Source: an uncultured Chloroflexia bacterium (GTDB lineage: Bacteria > Chloroflexota > Limnocylindria > QHBO01). From it: a stretch of DNA of 64,000 bases. Positions 28,671 to 37,862 of the stretch are shown piece by piece (within the stretch, counting starts at the first letter, position 1; each line of letters starts with the position of its first letter). The stretch is from contig CAWEDO010000001.1 of NCBI GenBank assembly GCA_963807915.1, positions 205,561-269,560 of the forward strand. Direction: 5' to 3'. The translations under genes were made by a program, and so were the position numbers. The notes beneath the pieces were generated by a model, which saw nothing but the letters and a program-made list of their open reading frames with translations, had not been told where the DNA came from and did not search any database.

Positions 28671-29168
28671 ATGCGAATCAGACGTGCCTTCCCCGCCATG
28701 CTGATCGCGATCCTCGCGGCATGCAGCAACAGCCCGTCGTCCAACTCGAACGATGCCGCCCCCGGCAGTCAGCAGGCCAACGCCAGCACGCCGACCGGCA
28801 CCGTCGACTGCGCCGCCATCAACACCGCTGCGCAGCAGCTCCTGGCGCTGCAGTTCCTCGCACAGCTCAAGACGCCGGATGTCATCGAGCAGATCAAGTC
28901 GAACCAGATCGGCAACCTCGACCTCGAAGCGTTCCTGGCGGCAATGCATGACCTGCATGCACTCGACTCCTTCTCTTCGCCACTCGGCGATCCGAAGGCC
29001 GCGATCGACCTCTACGAGAAGGCCGGCGAGGCGGCGCAGGTGCTCTTCGCCACGGACCCGATGACCCAGGCCGCGATCGACACCTACAACCAGTACGTTG
29101 GGACGGTCAGCGACTTCCTGGGCCATCAGATTGCGATCTCGGGGGCCATTGACGCCGCCGGCTGCTGA
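28671..29168 (+). CDS. Putative lipoprotein, helical
   Basis: Lipobox LAA-C, Ser/Asn linker, helical body bounded by two Cys. Confidence 0.65.
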   Translation: MRIRRAFPAMLIAILAACSNSPSSNSNDAAPGSQQANASTPTGTVDCAAINTAAQQLLALQFLAQLKTPDVIEQIKSNQIGNLDLEAFLAAMHDLHALDSFSSPLGDPKAAIDLYEKAGEAAQVLFATDPMTQAAIDTYNQYVGTVSDFLGHQIAISGAIDAAGC

Positions 29169-29187
29169 TCGCCTCGCCTGACCGAGG

Positions 29188-29643
29188 CTAGCCTGGGACG
29201 GCGGACGGGTCCTCGCGTCGCAGCAGGATTCCCAGGTACGCTTTCCATGGCCCGACCTCCGCGTCGCGCGATCCCGCGAGTCCCGCGAAGATCTGGCTGA
29301 GGTCGGTTACCAGGTTGGCCAACGCCGCGAGGTTGTCGCTGCGGAGCGCCGCGAACCGTTCCACGAGCTGGTCGAGGGGGACGCCGGCGTCGCGGTCGAG
29401 CATCGCGTGGCGGTCGAACCGGTCGAAGGGGACGAAGGAACCCTGCTCCAGGATCCGTCGCGTCCTCATCATCCAGTCGGTCTGCTCGCCGGTGATGAGG
29501 TGGCCCACCACGTCCCGGGGTCGCCAGCCGCCTGCGACGTCGGGGACATCGGTCCAGTCGTCCGGGAGGCCGACGAGCAGGGTCCGCAGGATCGCCGGCG
29601 TCCGCGCGAGGAGCGCGGTCGTGTCGGCAAGGAAGTCGGCCAC
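29188..29643 (-). CDS. DinB family protein, apparently with an in-frame internal deletion
   Basis: WRPRDVVGHL, EQTDW, VGPWKAYL; the expected central HP..G.VTL..LL..W..HD..H segment is absent. Confidence 0.65.
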   Translation of the reverse strand: MADFLADTTALLARTPAILRTLLVGLPDDWTDVPDVAGGWRPRDVVGHLITGEQTDWMMRTRRILEQGSFVPFDRFDRHAMLDRDAGVPLDQLVERFAALRSDNLAALANLVTDLSQIFAGLAGSRDAEVGPWKAYLGILLRREDPSAVPG

Positions 29644-29647
29644 CGGA

Positions 29648-30265
29648 TCAGCGCGACCCGGTTGTCACCGGCGCGCCGCTGTATCCGCCAACCGCGATTT
29701 CGGCGGCGCGCTCCCGGTATGCCTCCGGTGTGGGCGCGGTTCGTGCCCGGAAGCCCTCGACCATCCGGTTGTACATCGAGAACGCGGAGGCGATCAGGAC
29801 GGCCAATTGGATGTCGGCGTCGGTCGCGCCAGCCTCCTGCGCCGTCTCGACGTCAGCCGCCGTGAGGTCGCGTGGTTCGCGGCGAACGGTGCGTGCGATG
29901 TGGAGCAGCGCCTGCATCTTCGGGTCGAAGCCGTCGGAGGAGCCCAGCTTGACGGCATCGATCAGCGGCGCGCGCTCGGTCGCCCCGGTCTGTTCCAGGA
30001 GGGCGTGCGCGAAGGCGCCGTGCGAGTCCATGCAGAAGAAGCAGTCGTTTCCCGCGGAGACCGCCGTCGCCAGCATCTCGCGCTCGGCGCGAACGATGGT
30101 GGCGCCGGGGAAGTCGTGGACGAGCAGCTCGTCGGCAAGGCCGCGCAGGTGGATGCCGAGCCCAGGCGTCAGCCGGATGGCGGCGCCGATGCCGGGGACG
30201 TCCGGCAGACCGCCCACGATCGGCTCTTCGCGTGCTCGCTCCTGGCGCTCTTCGTCGCGGGTCAT
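29648..30265 (-). CDS. Carboxymuconolactone decarboxylase/AhpD-like peroxidase-related protein
   Basis: EREMLATAVSAGNDCFFCMDSH (CxxCxxxH), FSMYNRMVEG; GGAGG SD. Confidence 0.85.
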   Translation of the reverse strand: MTRDEERQERAREEPIVGGLPDVPGIGAAIRLTPGLGIHLRGLADELLVHDFPGATIVRAEREMLATAVSAGNDCFFCMDSHGAFAHALLEQTGATERAPLIDAVKLGSSDGFDPKMQALLHIARTVRREPRDLTAADVETAQEAGATDADIQLAVLIASAFSMYNRMVEGFRARTAPTPEAYRERAAEIAVGGYSGAPVTTGSR

Positions 30266-30328
30266 CGGTGCCTCTCCTCCTGCGTCGCTTTCGCGGATCG
30301 TCCCAGTATGGCGCACGCTTCCTCCAAC

Positions 30329-31903
30329 TCAACCCCGGGGCAGGACGCCCACGTTGAGCCAGCGTGACCCCGTCGCGCGCCGGACGGCGAAGGTCAGGTC
30401 GAAGGGGGCGGTCGAGCGATCGAGCAGGGCTCCATCGGCGTCGTAGGTCTCCTCGACGACCTGGCCGCGCGACTCGAATCCGAGGCTGATGCCGGTCTGC
30501 ATCCCGAACGGCACGATCAGGATGAGGCGCACGGCATCGAACTCGTAGTGCTGGACCACGGTCCTGCCGGATGCCTCGGCGTCCGCGAGCCTGCCCTGCA
30601 TCTCCGCCAGCCGGTCCCCGTGGTCGACCGCAGGCAGGAGGCTGCCGTCGCCTCGCCGGAGCGCCTGGTTCTCGACCTCCAGGTTCTCGGCCAGCGTGAC
30701 GAGGATCTCCCGGGCGCCCGAGGCGTCGATGGTGTGGTCCCAATCGGAGACGTCCCGGTCGATCGTGATCTCGGGGAAGGTGCTCGGGTCGACGACGTGC
30801 GGGACGCCGTTGAGCGCCTCCGTCATCTCCGGCACGACCAGGCCCCGAGCCGGGGTGCCGGCCGCCACGATCGCCACGCCAAGCAGGAGCACCGCGGCCG
30901 TGGCCAGCCCAAGCCGCAGTCCCGCGCGGGCGACGCCGGCGCCTCCCAGCAGGAGCCGCGAGCCGAACTCACGAATGTCGTCCGCCGCCGAGCGGGGCTC
31001 CGGCAGCAGCCGTTCGATGATCGGTCGCATGGCGGAGACGATGACGAGGCCGGCCAGGAGGCCTACCTTCGTGCCCCACTCATCGGTCTGGGGTGCCAGC
31101 AGCAGCGTGCTCGCCATGGCGGTGAGCAGGCCGAAGGCGATGCGTCCCACGTTGCCGGCGGGGATCGTCTTGGGGTCGGTGATCATGAAGAAGAGGAAGA
31201 TCATCACCTCGGGCGACGTCACGATGACCCGCCAGAAGTCGAAGCCGCAGACCGGCGCGAAGGCCCAGTTCGTCGTCATGCAGTGTCCCGAGCCGGCCAG
31301 GATGCCGGTTCCGACGGCCAGCGCCACCCAGAACGTCCCGGCCAGCGCAAGCAGGTGCAGCCGCCGGGTGATGAACAGCCCGCCCACCAGGATCACGGCG
31401 TAGGCAGCCACCATCCAGCCATTGAGCGGCGCCCACCAGAAGTCGAGCGGCTCCACTCGCGTGCTGCCGAGCACGACGAATGCGACCACGAGACCGATGC
31501 TCGACGGGTTGAAGACGTGCGATCCGCGGTAGCGGATCAGGTACTTCGTCAGGATCGAGAAGGCAGCGACGCCCGCGAAGATGTACCACGAGGCGGGGTT
31601 CCACGGATCGTCGGGCGGGGTCCCGACCACGCGGAGGATGAGCGCGACGCCGCTGCCGGTCAGCATGGCGCTGGCGGGCCACACGAACGACCGCGTCTGG
31701 CGGAAGGTCACGACCACCTCGATGATGAAGCAGGTCAGGATCGCCGCCAGGATCTCCGGCACGCTCACGCGGAAGTGGAGCCCAACCTGGCCGAGGACGT
31801 GGATGGTGATGATCACCGCCGCTACGTGCAGACGCGGGTCACGGACGCTGGGCAGGACCAGCGGATAGGGGGTGCCGCCGATCGAGAGCGTGCGGGCGGT
31901 CAT
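30329..31903 (-). CDS. Stand-alone RnfD/NqrB-like (UnbU-like) membrane protein with C-terminal soluble domain
   Basis: RDPRLH, SAMLTG, KYLIR...HVFNPS, FFMITDPKT; about 11 TM plus about 170-aa tail. Confidence 0.7.
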   Translation of the reverse strand: MTARTLSIGGTPYPLVLPSVRDPRLHVAAVIITIHVLGQVGLHFRVSVPEILAAILTCFIIEVVVTFRQTRSFVWPASAMLTGSGVALILRVVGTPPDDPWNPASWYIFAGVAAFSILTKYLIRYRGSHVFNPSSIGLVVAFVVLGSTRVEPLDFWWAPLNGWMVAAYAVILVGGLFITRRLHLLALAGTFWVALAVGTGILAGSGHCMTTNWAFAPVCGFDFWRVIVTSPEVMIFLFFMITDPKTIPAGNVGRIAFGLLTAMASTLLLAPQTDEWGTKVGLLAGLVIVSAMRPIIERLLPEPRSAADDIREFGSRLLLGGAGVARAGLRLGLATAAVLLLGVAIVAAGTPARGLVVPEMTEALNGVPHVVDPSTFPEITIDRDVSDWDHTIDASGAREILVTLAENLEVENQALRRGDGSLLPAVDHGDRLAEMQGRLADAEASGRTVVQHYEFDAVRLILIVPFGMQTGISLGFESRGQVVEETYDADGALLDRSTAPFDLTFAVRRATGSRWLNVGVLPRG

Positions 31904-31965
31904 CGGGCGCAGTGTAAGCGAGCGCCCGGACGCTCAAGGCGCCGGGCGCTCGGGGATTGCCGCGT

Positions 31966-32373
31966 CTAGTGGACGATCGTCACCGTCGCCGGGAACTTGG
32001 CGGCGATCGCCTCCGAGATGGAGCCTTGCAGCGTGCGCTGCACGAGCCCCAGGTGCCGGCTGCCGGTCACGATATGGTCGTAGCCGCCCTCCTCGGCGGT
32101 GCGCACGATCTCGTCGGAGATCTCCCCGTACGGCTCGTGGAGCGCAGGCGTGATGCCAGCCTCGACGATCAGGTCGCGGGCCTCGGTGAGCTCCGCGGTA
32201 TGGACCTGCCGGTCGTCCCACGGGTCGATCCCGATTCGACCGGCGTGCACCGGCACGACGCTCACGACACCAACTTCGGCGTGCGCGAGCTTGGCCAGCT
32301 CGACGGTGAAGGTCAGCGCGCGTCGCGCCTGCTCCGAACCGTCATATGCAAGCAGGATCCGCTTGCTCAGCAT
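31966..32373 (-). CDS. Universal stress protein
   Basis: RILLAYDGSEQARRAL, IVTGSRHLG...GSISE. Confidence 0.88.
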   Translation of the reverse strand: MLSKRILLAYDGSEQARRALTFTVELAKLAHAEVGVVSVVPVHAGRIGIDPWDDRQVHTAELTEARDLIVEAGITPALHEPYGEISDEIVRTAEEGGYDHIVTGSRHLGLVQRTLQGSISEAIAAKFPATVTIVH

Positions 32374-32539
32374 GTTGTTCACCCTGCAATTCGCATTCCC
32401 ATGCCAGGCTCGTCCGCACGCGGTGTTGCGGTCGGCTCGGTGAGCCTCAGCGTCGCCTCCGACGAGGCGCCGCCGACAGTGCCGTTGGTCCCCATCCGGG
32501 CGGGACACTCGCCCCGTTGGGTCGGTTACGCTGCCCCCC

Positions 32540-33070
32540 GTGGTGGAGAGCGTGATCCGGTCTGAGCGCCTCGAGCTGCCCCTCCTGTCGCTCTCGCAGC
32601 TCGAACGCCTGGCCGCGGGCGACGGCACCAGCGTCGCCGATGAGCTCGGCGCGGTCCTCTCGACCGCATGGCTCGCAGAGGTCAGGTGGCTCGCGGCGCT
32701 GCGATCCGAGCAGCTGCGCCTGCGCCCGGACGACGGACCGTGGCTGCTCAGGCCGATCCTGCTCGTCGAGCCGGATGGCGGTCGCACGGCCATCGGCTAC
32801 CTCAACTTCCACGCCGCGCCGAACCCCGAGGGCCAGGTCGAGGTCGGATACACCCTCCTCCCCGACGCGCGCGGCCACGGCTACGCGATCGAGGCGGTGC
32901 GGGCGGCGTTCAACTGGGCGACGCGCGAGCACGGCGTGCACCGATTTCGTGCGGCCGTGGCGCCGGACAACGAGCGCTCGCGGAACCTCGTCCTGAAGCT
33001 CGGCTTTCGCCAGACCGGCGAGCAATGGGACGAGATCGACGGCCTCGAGCTGGTGTACGAGCTGGGCTAG
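32540..33070 (+). CDS. GNAT acetyltransferase (RimJ/RimL-like)
   Basis: EVGYTLLPDARGHGYA.EA, DNERSRNLVLKLGF. Confidence 0.85.
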   Translation: MVESVIRSERLELPLLSLSQLERLAAGDGTSVADELGAVLSTAWLAEVRWLAALRSEQLRLRPDDGPWLLRPILLVEPDGGRTAIGYLNFHAAPNPEGQVEVGYTLLPDARGHGYAIEAVRAAFNWATREHGVHRFRAAVAPDNERSRNLVLKLGFRQTGEQWDEIDGLELVYELG

Positions 33071-33957
33071 CTGCCCTCGGGCAGATCGGCCTCGAAGGCG
33101 GCCTGCTCGTCAGCGGGCATCCCGTAGGTGTGGCGCTCTTCTGGATACGCTCCGGAGCGCACGTCGGCGACGAAGGCGGCGAGCGCCTCGCGGATGATGG
33201 TCGCCAGGTCGGCATAGCGCTTGACGAAGCGTGCGGTATGCCCCTCCGTCAGCCCCAGCAGGTCGTGGTAGACGAGCACCTGGCCGTCGCAGCCGGGTCC
33301 GGCGCCGATGCCGATGGTCGGGATCTCGAGCGAGGCGGTGATACGGTCCGCCACGGGTGAGGGGACCGCCTCCAGGACGAGCGAGTAGCAGCCCGCCTCC
33401 TGCAGCGCCAGAGCGTCGTCGACCATCCGCCGTGCGCGCTCGGCGGTGCGCCCCTGGGCCTTGTAGCCGCCCAGGGCGGTTGCCGACTGGGGGGTGAGTC
33501 CCAGGTGGCCCATCACCGGGATCCCCGACTCGACGATGGCCCGGACTCGCGGCAGCATCCGCCCGGCGCCTTCCAGCTTGACCGTGTCGGCGCGACCCTC
33601 CTTGATGAAGCGCACCGCATTGCGCACCGCGGCAGAATCGGAGACCTGGTACGACCCGAACGGCATGTCGCCCACCACCAGCGGGCGTCGGACCGACGAG
33701 CCCACCGCCCGGGTCATGAAGATCATTTCGTCCATGGTCACCGGGACGGTCGACTCGTGACCCAGCACCACCATCGCCGCGCTGTCGCCGACCAGGACGA
33801 CGTCCGCCCCGGCCGCCTCGGCGAGGCGTCCCCCGGCTGCGTCGTAGGCGGTCACCATCGCGATCTTCGTGCCCTGCCGCTTCATGGCGGCGAGCTCGGT
33901 GATGGCCATCTTGGCGGGGACCTGCGAGTCTCCGACGTTGGTGTGGCTGGTCGTCAT
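33067..33957 (-). CDS. panB: 3-methyl-2-oxobutanoate hydroxymethyltransferase
   Basis: MVTAYD, LVGDSAAMV, DMPFGSYQ, VKLEG, GHLGLTPQS, IGIGAG..CDGQVLV. Confidence 0.96.
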   Translation of the reverse strand: MTTSHTNVGDSQVPAKMAITELAAMKRQGTKIAMVTAYDAAGGRLAEAAGADVVLVGDSAAMVVLGHESTVPVTMDEMIFMTRAVGSSVRRPLVVGDMPFGSYQVSDSAAVRNAVRFIKEGRADTVKLEGAGRMLPRVRAIVESGIPVMGHLGLTPQSATALGGYKAQGRTAERARRMVDDALALQEAGCYSLVLEAVPSPVADRITASLEIPTIGIGAGPGCDGQVLVYHDLLGLTEGHTARFVKRYADLATIIREALAAFVADVRSGAYPEERHTYGMPADEQAAFEADLPEGS

Positions 33958-33960
33958 TGG

Positions 33961-34770
33961 CTAGGCCTCTCCCTCGAGGAGGACATTGTCTATCAGACGG
34001 GTCGATCCGACCACCACCGCGGCCGCCAGGGTGGGCCCGTCCAGGTCCGCCTCGGCCACGTAGTCGACGCGCAGCCCGGGCTCGGCGTCGAGCACCTCGC
34101 GTGCGGCCCGAACCGCACCGGCTCCGGACCGATGCGCCGCCAGGCCGGCTTCGAGCGCGCGTGGCAGCGCCAGCGCGGACCGGTGCTCGTCGGGTGACAG
34201 GAAGACGTTGCGGCTCGACAGGGCGAGGCCATCCGCGTCGCGCACCGTGGGGCAGGTCACGATCTCGACCGGCAGCTCCAGGTCGCGGACGAGCTGCTTG
34301 ACGACCGCCACCTGCTGGGCGTCCTTCCGCCCGAAGTAGGCGCGGCGCGGTTTGACCAGGAGGAAGAGCTTCGTGCAGATCGTGGCCACCCCGCGGAAGT
34401 GTCCCGGCCGTGCGGATCCCTCCAGGAAGGTGCCGACCTTGCCCGGGTCGATCCAGGTGTCGAAGCCCTCGGGGTACATCTGCTCGGAGGTCGGGGCAAA
34501 CAGGAGGTCGACCCCCGCCGCCTCCGCGGTCGCGATGTCGCGGGCCTCGTCGCGCGGGTACTGCTCCAGGTCCTCGCCGCGACCGAACTGGGCTGGGTTG
34601 ACGAAGAGGCTGACGACGACCAGGTCGCAGTCCGGCCGCGCCGCGGCGATGAGCGAGAGATGCCCTGCGTGGAGGGCGCCCATGGTCGGGATCAGGCCGA
34701 TGCTCGGCGCGCGTCCCGGGCCGGGTGCGACGGCCGTGTTCAGGTCGGCAACGCTGCGGATGACTCTCAC
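33961..34770 (-). CDS. panC: Pantoate--beta-alanine ligase
   Basis: PTMGALHAGH, FVNPAQF, RPGHFRGV, FGRKDAQQ, ALSSRN; GTG start at 34770. Confidence 0.95.
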   Translation of the reverse strand: MRVIRSVADLNTAVAPGPGRAPSIGLIPTMGALHAGHLSLIAAARPDCDLVVVSLFVNPAQFGRGEDLEQYPRDEARDIATAEAAGVDLLFAPTSEQMYPEGFDTWIDPGKVGTFLEGSARPGHFRGVATICTKLFLLVKPRRAYFGRKDAQQVAVVKQLVRDLELPVEIVTCPTVRDADGLALSSRNVFLSPDEHRSALALPRALEAGLAAHRSGAGAVRAAREVLDAEPGLRVDYVAEADLDGPTLAAAVVVGSTRLIDNVLLEGEA

Positions 34771-35441
34771 GGCCGGGTGGCCTCCGCCAGTGCCCGGTAC
34801 AGCGGCACGAGGTCGGGCGCACGCGCCTCGAGCGCCCGCAGGTGTGCTTCGACCGTTGACCAGTCGCCGCGGGCGATCGGCCCGGTCAGGGCGAATCCGT
34901 TCTCGATGGTGCGGGTCATGAGCGGCACCAGCGCCTGAGGTGGCGCACCGGTCTCCTCCATCAGTCGCGCCGCGGCACGGTAGAGGGTCACCAGGAAGTT
35001 GCTGGCCATGGCCGCGCCGACGTGGTACAGCGGCTTGTCGGCATCGGCCAGGTCGAACGGGCGCAGGCCGAGCATCTCCGCCAGCCAGCGAGCAGTATTG
35101 CGCGCCTCCTGGCTCTCGGCGGTGACTGCGGCCCACGCGCCGTCGAGCTGCTCCGCACCGCGCTCACTGGTCAGCGTCTGGAGGGGATGCACGCTGAATC
35201 GCCGCTCGTGCGGCTCCAGCGCCGCGAGCGAGGTGGCACCCGAGACATGCGCCACCCACGGACCGAGGGGGACCTGCTGCGCGACGCCGGCGATCGCCGC
35301 GTCCGGAACGGCGAGCAGCACGAGATCGGCATCGGCCAGTGGCTCGCGCCCGGCATGGACGGTGAGCCCGCGCTCGGCCAGGCGGGCCGCCAGCGCCCCG
35401 CCGGCGCGCCCCGTGCCGACCACCCGGACCGTGCTGATCAT
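34767..35441 (-). CDS. Rossmann-like DUF2520 protein (PanG-type ketopantoate reductase candidate)
   Basis: VVGTGRAG, LAVPDAAI, HVSGA, HPLQT, YHVGAAMASN, LTGPIARGD; operon with panCB. Confidence 0.85.
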   Translation of the reverse strand: MISTVRVVGTGRAGGALAARLAERGLTVHAGREPLADADLVLLAVPDAAIAGVAQQVPLGPWVAHVSGATSLAALEPHERRFSVHPLQTLTSERGAEQLDGAWAAVTAESQEARNTARWLAEMLGLRPFDLADADKPLYHVGAAMASNFLVTLYRAAARLMEETGAPPQALVPLMTRTIENGFALTGPIARGDWSTVEAHLRALEARAPDLVPLYRALAEATRP

Positions 35442-35468
35442 GCGGGGGAGTCTGCCACACTGCCCCTC

Positions 35469-36623
35469 GTGCGCACGCTGACGCTCACCCAGGCGCGGCG
35501 CCTCGCGATCCTGGGCACGATGCTGGCCGGCCCTCGTCCCACCTCCGTCCTGGAGGTCGTCGACCGGCTCGGCAAGGTGCAGGTCGACCCAACCGCCGTC
35601 GTGGCGCGCGCGGAGCAGCTCACCATCTGGAGCCGCCTCGGGAGCTACGACCGTGCCGACCTCCGCAAGCTGATCGAGGATGAGCCGCGGCAGCTGTTCG
35701 AGTACCTCGCCTTCCTCATTCCAACCGCCGACCTGCCGCTCCATCGGCCCGCGATGCTGCGCTACCCGCGCGAGCAATACACGCGTGGCAACTACGTCCG
35801 CGAATGGCTGGCCGACAACGCCTCGTTCCGCGCTTACATCCTCGACGAGCTGCGCACCCGCGGCCCGCTGCGCTCGCGCGACCTGGACGACCGGGCGGTC
35901 GTGCCGTGGCGGACCGGCGGCTGGAACGACGGCAAGAACCTGGGCCGCATGCTGGAGATCCTGTGGCACGCCGGCGAGATCGCCATCAGCCGTCGCGAGG
36001 GGACGCAGCGCTTCTGGGACCTCTACGCGCGCGTCCTGCCGGACGTCGAACCGCCCCCCGAGGAGGTGGTGGCGATCGAGACGATGGAGCGGCAGCTGCG
36101 TGCCCGCGGCTTTGCGGACCCCGGATTCGGCACCGCCATCGACTACGAGCTGCCGGCCCGCGAGATCGGTCTCGAATCTTTGCTGGCCGATGGCGTAGCT
36201 GTCCCGGTCGCGATCGCCGGGCTTCCGGGAGACTGGCTGGTTCACGCCGATCTCCTCTCCGAGCTCGACCATCCCTGGCGACCACGCACCACGCTGCTCG
36301 GCCCCTTCGACCCGCTGATCTCGGACCGGGAGCGCACGCTGGCGCTCTTCGACTTCCGCTTCCGCCTCGAGATCTACATCCCCGTCGACAAGCGGGAATA
36401 CGGCTACTACGTGCTGCCGATCCTGCATGGTGACCGGCTCATCGGGCGGATCGACCCCGTCCTCGACCGGAAGCGGCGCGTCCTGACCGTCAACGCGGTC
36501 TACGCCGAGCCGAACGCGCCGGCCAATGCGTGGCCTGCGGTCAGCCTCGCGATCGATGACCTTGCCGCCTGGATCGGCGCCGATGAGGTCAGGCTGCCTG
36601 CTCTGCCGGAGCCCTGGGGCTAG
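35469..36623 (+). CDS. ycaQ: YcaQ/AlkZ-like (HTH_42) interstrand-crosslink DNA glycosylase
   Basis: QVD motif, WSRLG, LLGPFDPLI.DR, EIYIP..KREYGYYVLPILHGD..IGRID. Confidence 0.85.
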   Translation: MRTLTLTQARRLAILGTMLAGPRPTSVLEVVDRLGKVQVDPTAVVARAEQLTIWSRLGSYDRADLRKLIEDEPRQLFEYLAFLIPTADLPLHRPAMLRYPREQYTRGNYVREWLADNASFRAYILDELRTRGPLRSRDLDDRAVVPWRTGGWNDGKNLGRMLEILWHAGEIAISRREGTQRFWDLYARVLPDVEPPPEEVVAIETMERQLRARGFADPGFGTAIDYELPAREIGLESLLADGVAVPVAIAGLPGDWLVHADLLSELDHPWRPRTTLLGPFDPLISDRERTLALFDFRFRLEIYIPVDKREYGYYVLPILHGDRLIGRIDPVLDRKRRVLTVNAVYAEPNAPANAWPAVSLAIDDLAAWIGADEVRLPALPEPWG

Positions 36624-36889
36624 CCCTCGAGGTAAACCTCGTCGACGAAGCACCAGCGCCAGTCCTCGTTCGGCTCGAGCGACTCGACCACCGGGTGGCC
36701 TTCGGTCCGAGCGTGGCCGGAGGCGTGGCGGCCCGGCGACTGATCGCAGCAACCCACGTGGCCGCAGTGCAGGCACCTGCGCAGGTGAAGCCAGCGGCCG
36801 CCAGTGGCGAGGCATTCCTCGCAACCGCGGCCGCGTGCAGCGACCGGATGGACGCCATCGAGGTGATGGCAGACCTGGTCGGGGGTCAC
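36620..36889 (-). CDS. UBP-type zinc finger protein
   Basis: CHH...CEEC...WLHLRRCLHCGHVGCCD.S..RHA..H...W.WCFVD. Confidence 0.88.
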   Translation of the reverse strand: MTPDQVCHHLDGVHPVAARGRGCEECLATGGRWLHLRRCLHCGHVGCCDQSPGRHASGHARTEGHPVVESLEPNEDWRWCFVDEVYLEG

Positions 36890-37785
36890 GCTGCGATGGT
36901 AACCGTCCGCTCCTCCGCGCCGCGCAGGATGGTGAGCGGCAGTGCGGCGTCCGCAGCCAGCGAGCCCATCGCCTCGAACAGGTCGTCGGCGCTCGCCACC
37001 GGCTTGCCGGCGGCTGCCACGATCAGGTCGCCCTCGGCGATCCCCGCCTTGGCCGCCGGCGAGTCCTCCTCGACGTCGCGCACGAGCAGGCCGTCGCGCT
37101 CGTCGAGGCCGACTGCCCGCCGCAGCTGGCGTGCCACGTGCGCCGGGGCCAGCCCAAGCCCAAGGCGTCGTCGCTTCGGCTCCTCGCCACGACCCAGCGC
37201 CGCGACACGGTCACGCAACGCAGCGTCCGCGGAGATGGCCTGGTAGAAGCCGCTGCCGAGGCGGTTGGTGTTGATCCCGAGCAGCTGCCCCTCGCCGTTG
37301 ACGATCGGTCCGCCCGACGAGCCGGGGAGCAGGGGAGCGGTGTGCTCGACCGCGCCCGCGACTCGCCTTCCGCGGGGGCCGCGGAAGGCTCGCCCGATGC
37401 CCGACACATAGCCAACCGTGACGCGAAGCCCGTTCCCCGCCGGGTTGCCGATCGCGACCACCGGCGAGCCGATCCCGAGTGCGGAGCCGTCGCCCCACGC
37501 GATGGCCGGTGCGTCGCCGGTGTCGACCCCGATCACCGCCAGGTCGCCGTCGCCATCGGCGCCGAGAACCTTCCCCTCGGCCTCGCGGCCATCGGCGAAG
37601 AAGACATGCACCTCGTCGCCGTGCAGGTTGTGGGCGTTGGTGAGGACCTTGCCGGCCTCGACCACCACGCCCGACCCGCCGCGCCATCGGTTTCCAATGC
37701 CAACTGTTGAAGCGCCTGCGCTGGATGCGACCGATGCGATCGCCTTGCCCAGCTCTTCCATGGGACCCATCGGTTCGTTCTCCAT
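36886..37785 (-). CDS. Cytoplasmic S1C (HtrA-like) serine protease with PDZ domain
   Basis: TNAH, DLAV, GSSGGP triad; PDZ LGLG...SPAAKAGIAEGDLI; no signal peptide; start uncertain. Confidence 0.88.
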   Translation of the reverse strand: MENEPMGPMEELGKAIASVASSAGASTVGIGNRWRGGSGVVVEAGKVLTNAHNLHGDEVHVFFADGREAEGKVLGADGDGDLAVIGVDTGDAPAIAWGDGSALGIGSPVVAIGNPAGNGLRVTVGYVSGIGRAFRGPRGRRVAGAVEHTAPLLPGSSGGPIVNGEGQLLGINTNRLGSGFYQAISADAALRDRVAALGRGEEPKRRRLGLGLAPAHVARQLRRAVGLDERDGLLVRDVEEDSPAAKAGIAEGDLIVAAAGKPVASADDLFEAMGSLAADAALPLTILRGAEERTVTIAA

Positions 37786-37795
37786 CTGGTAGCGT

Positions 37796-37818
37796 GTGAC
37801 TTGCAATGCGCAAGTTAC
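37796..37818. promoter_or_regulatory. Inverted-repeat operator between the protease and hxlR
   Basis: GTGACTTGC-N5-GCAAGTTAC (8/9 complementary) in the divergent intergenic region. Confidence 0.65.
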
Positions 37819-37862
37819 TCGCTCCGAAGGGAATGTCAAGGCCGATGCCGTACGATCCCGTC

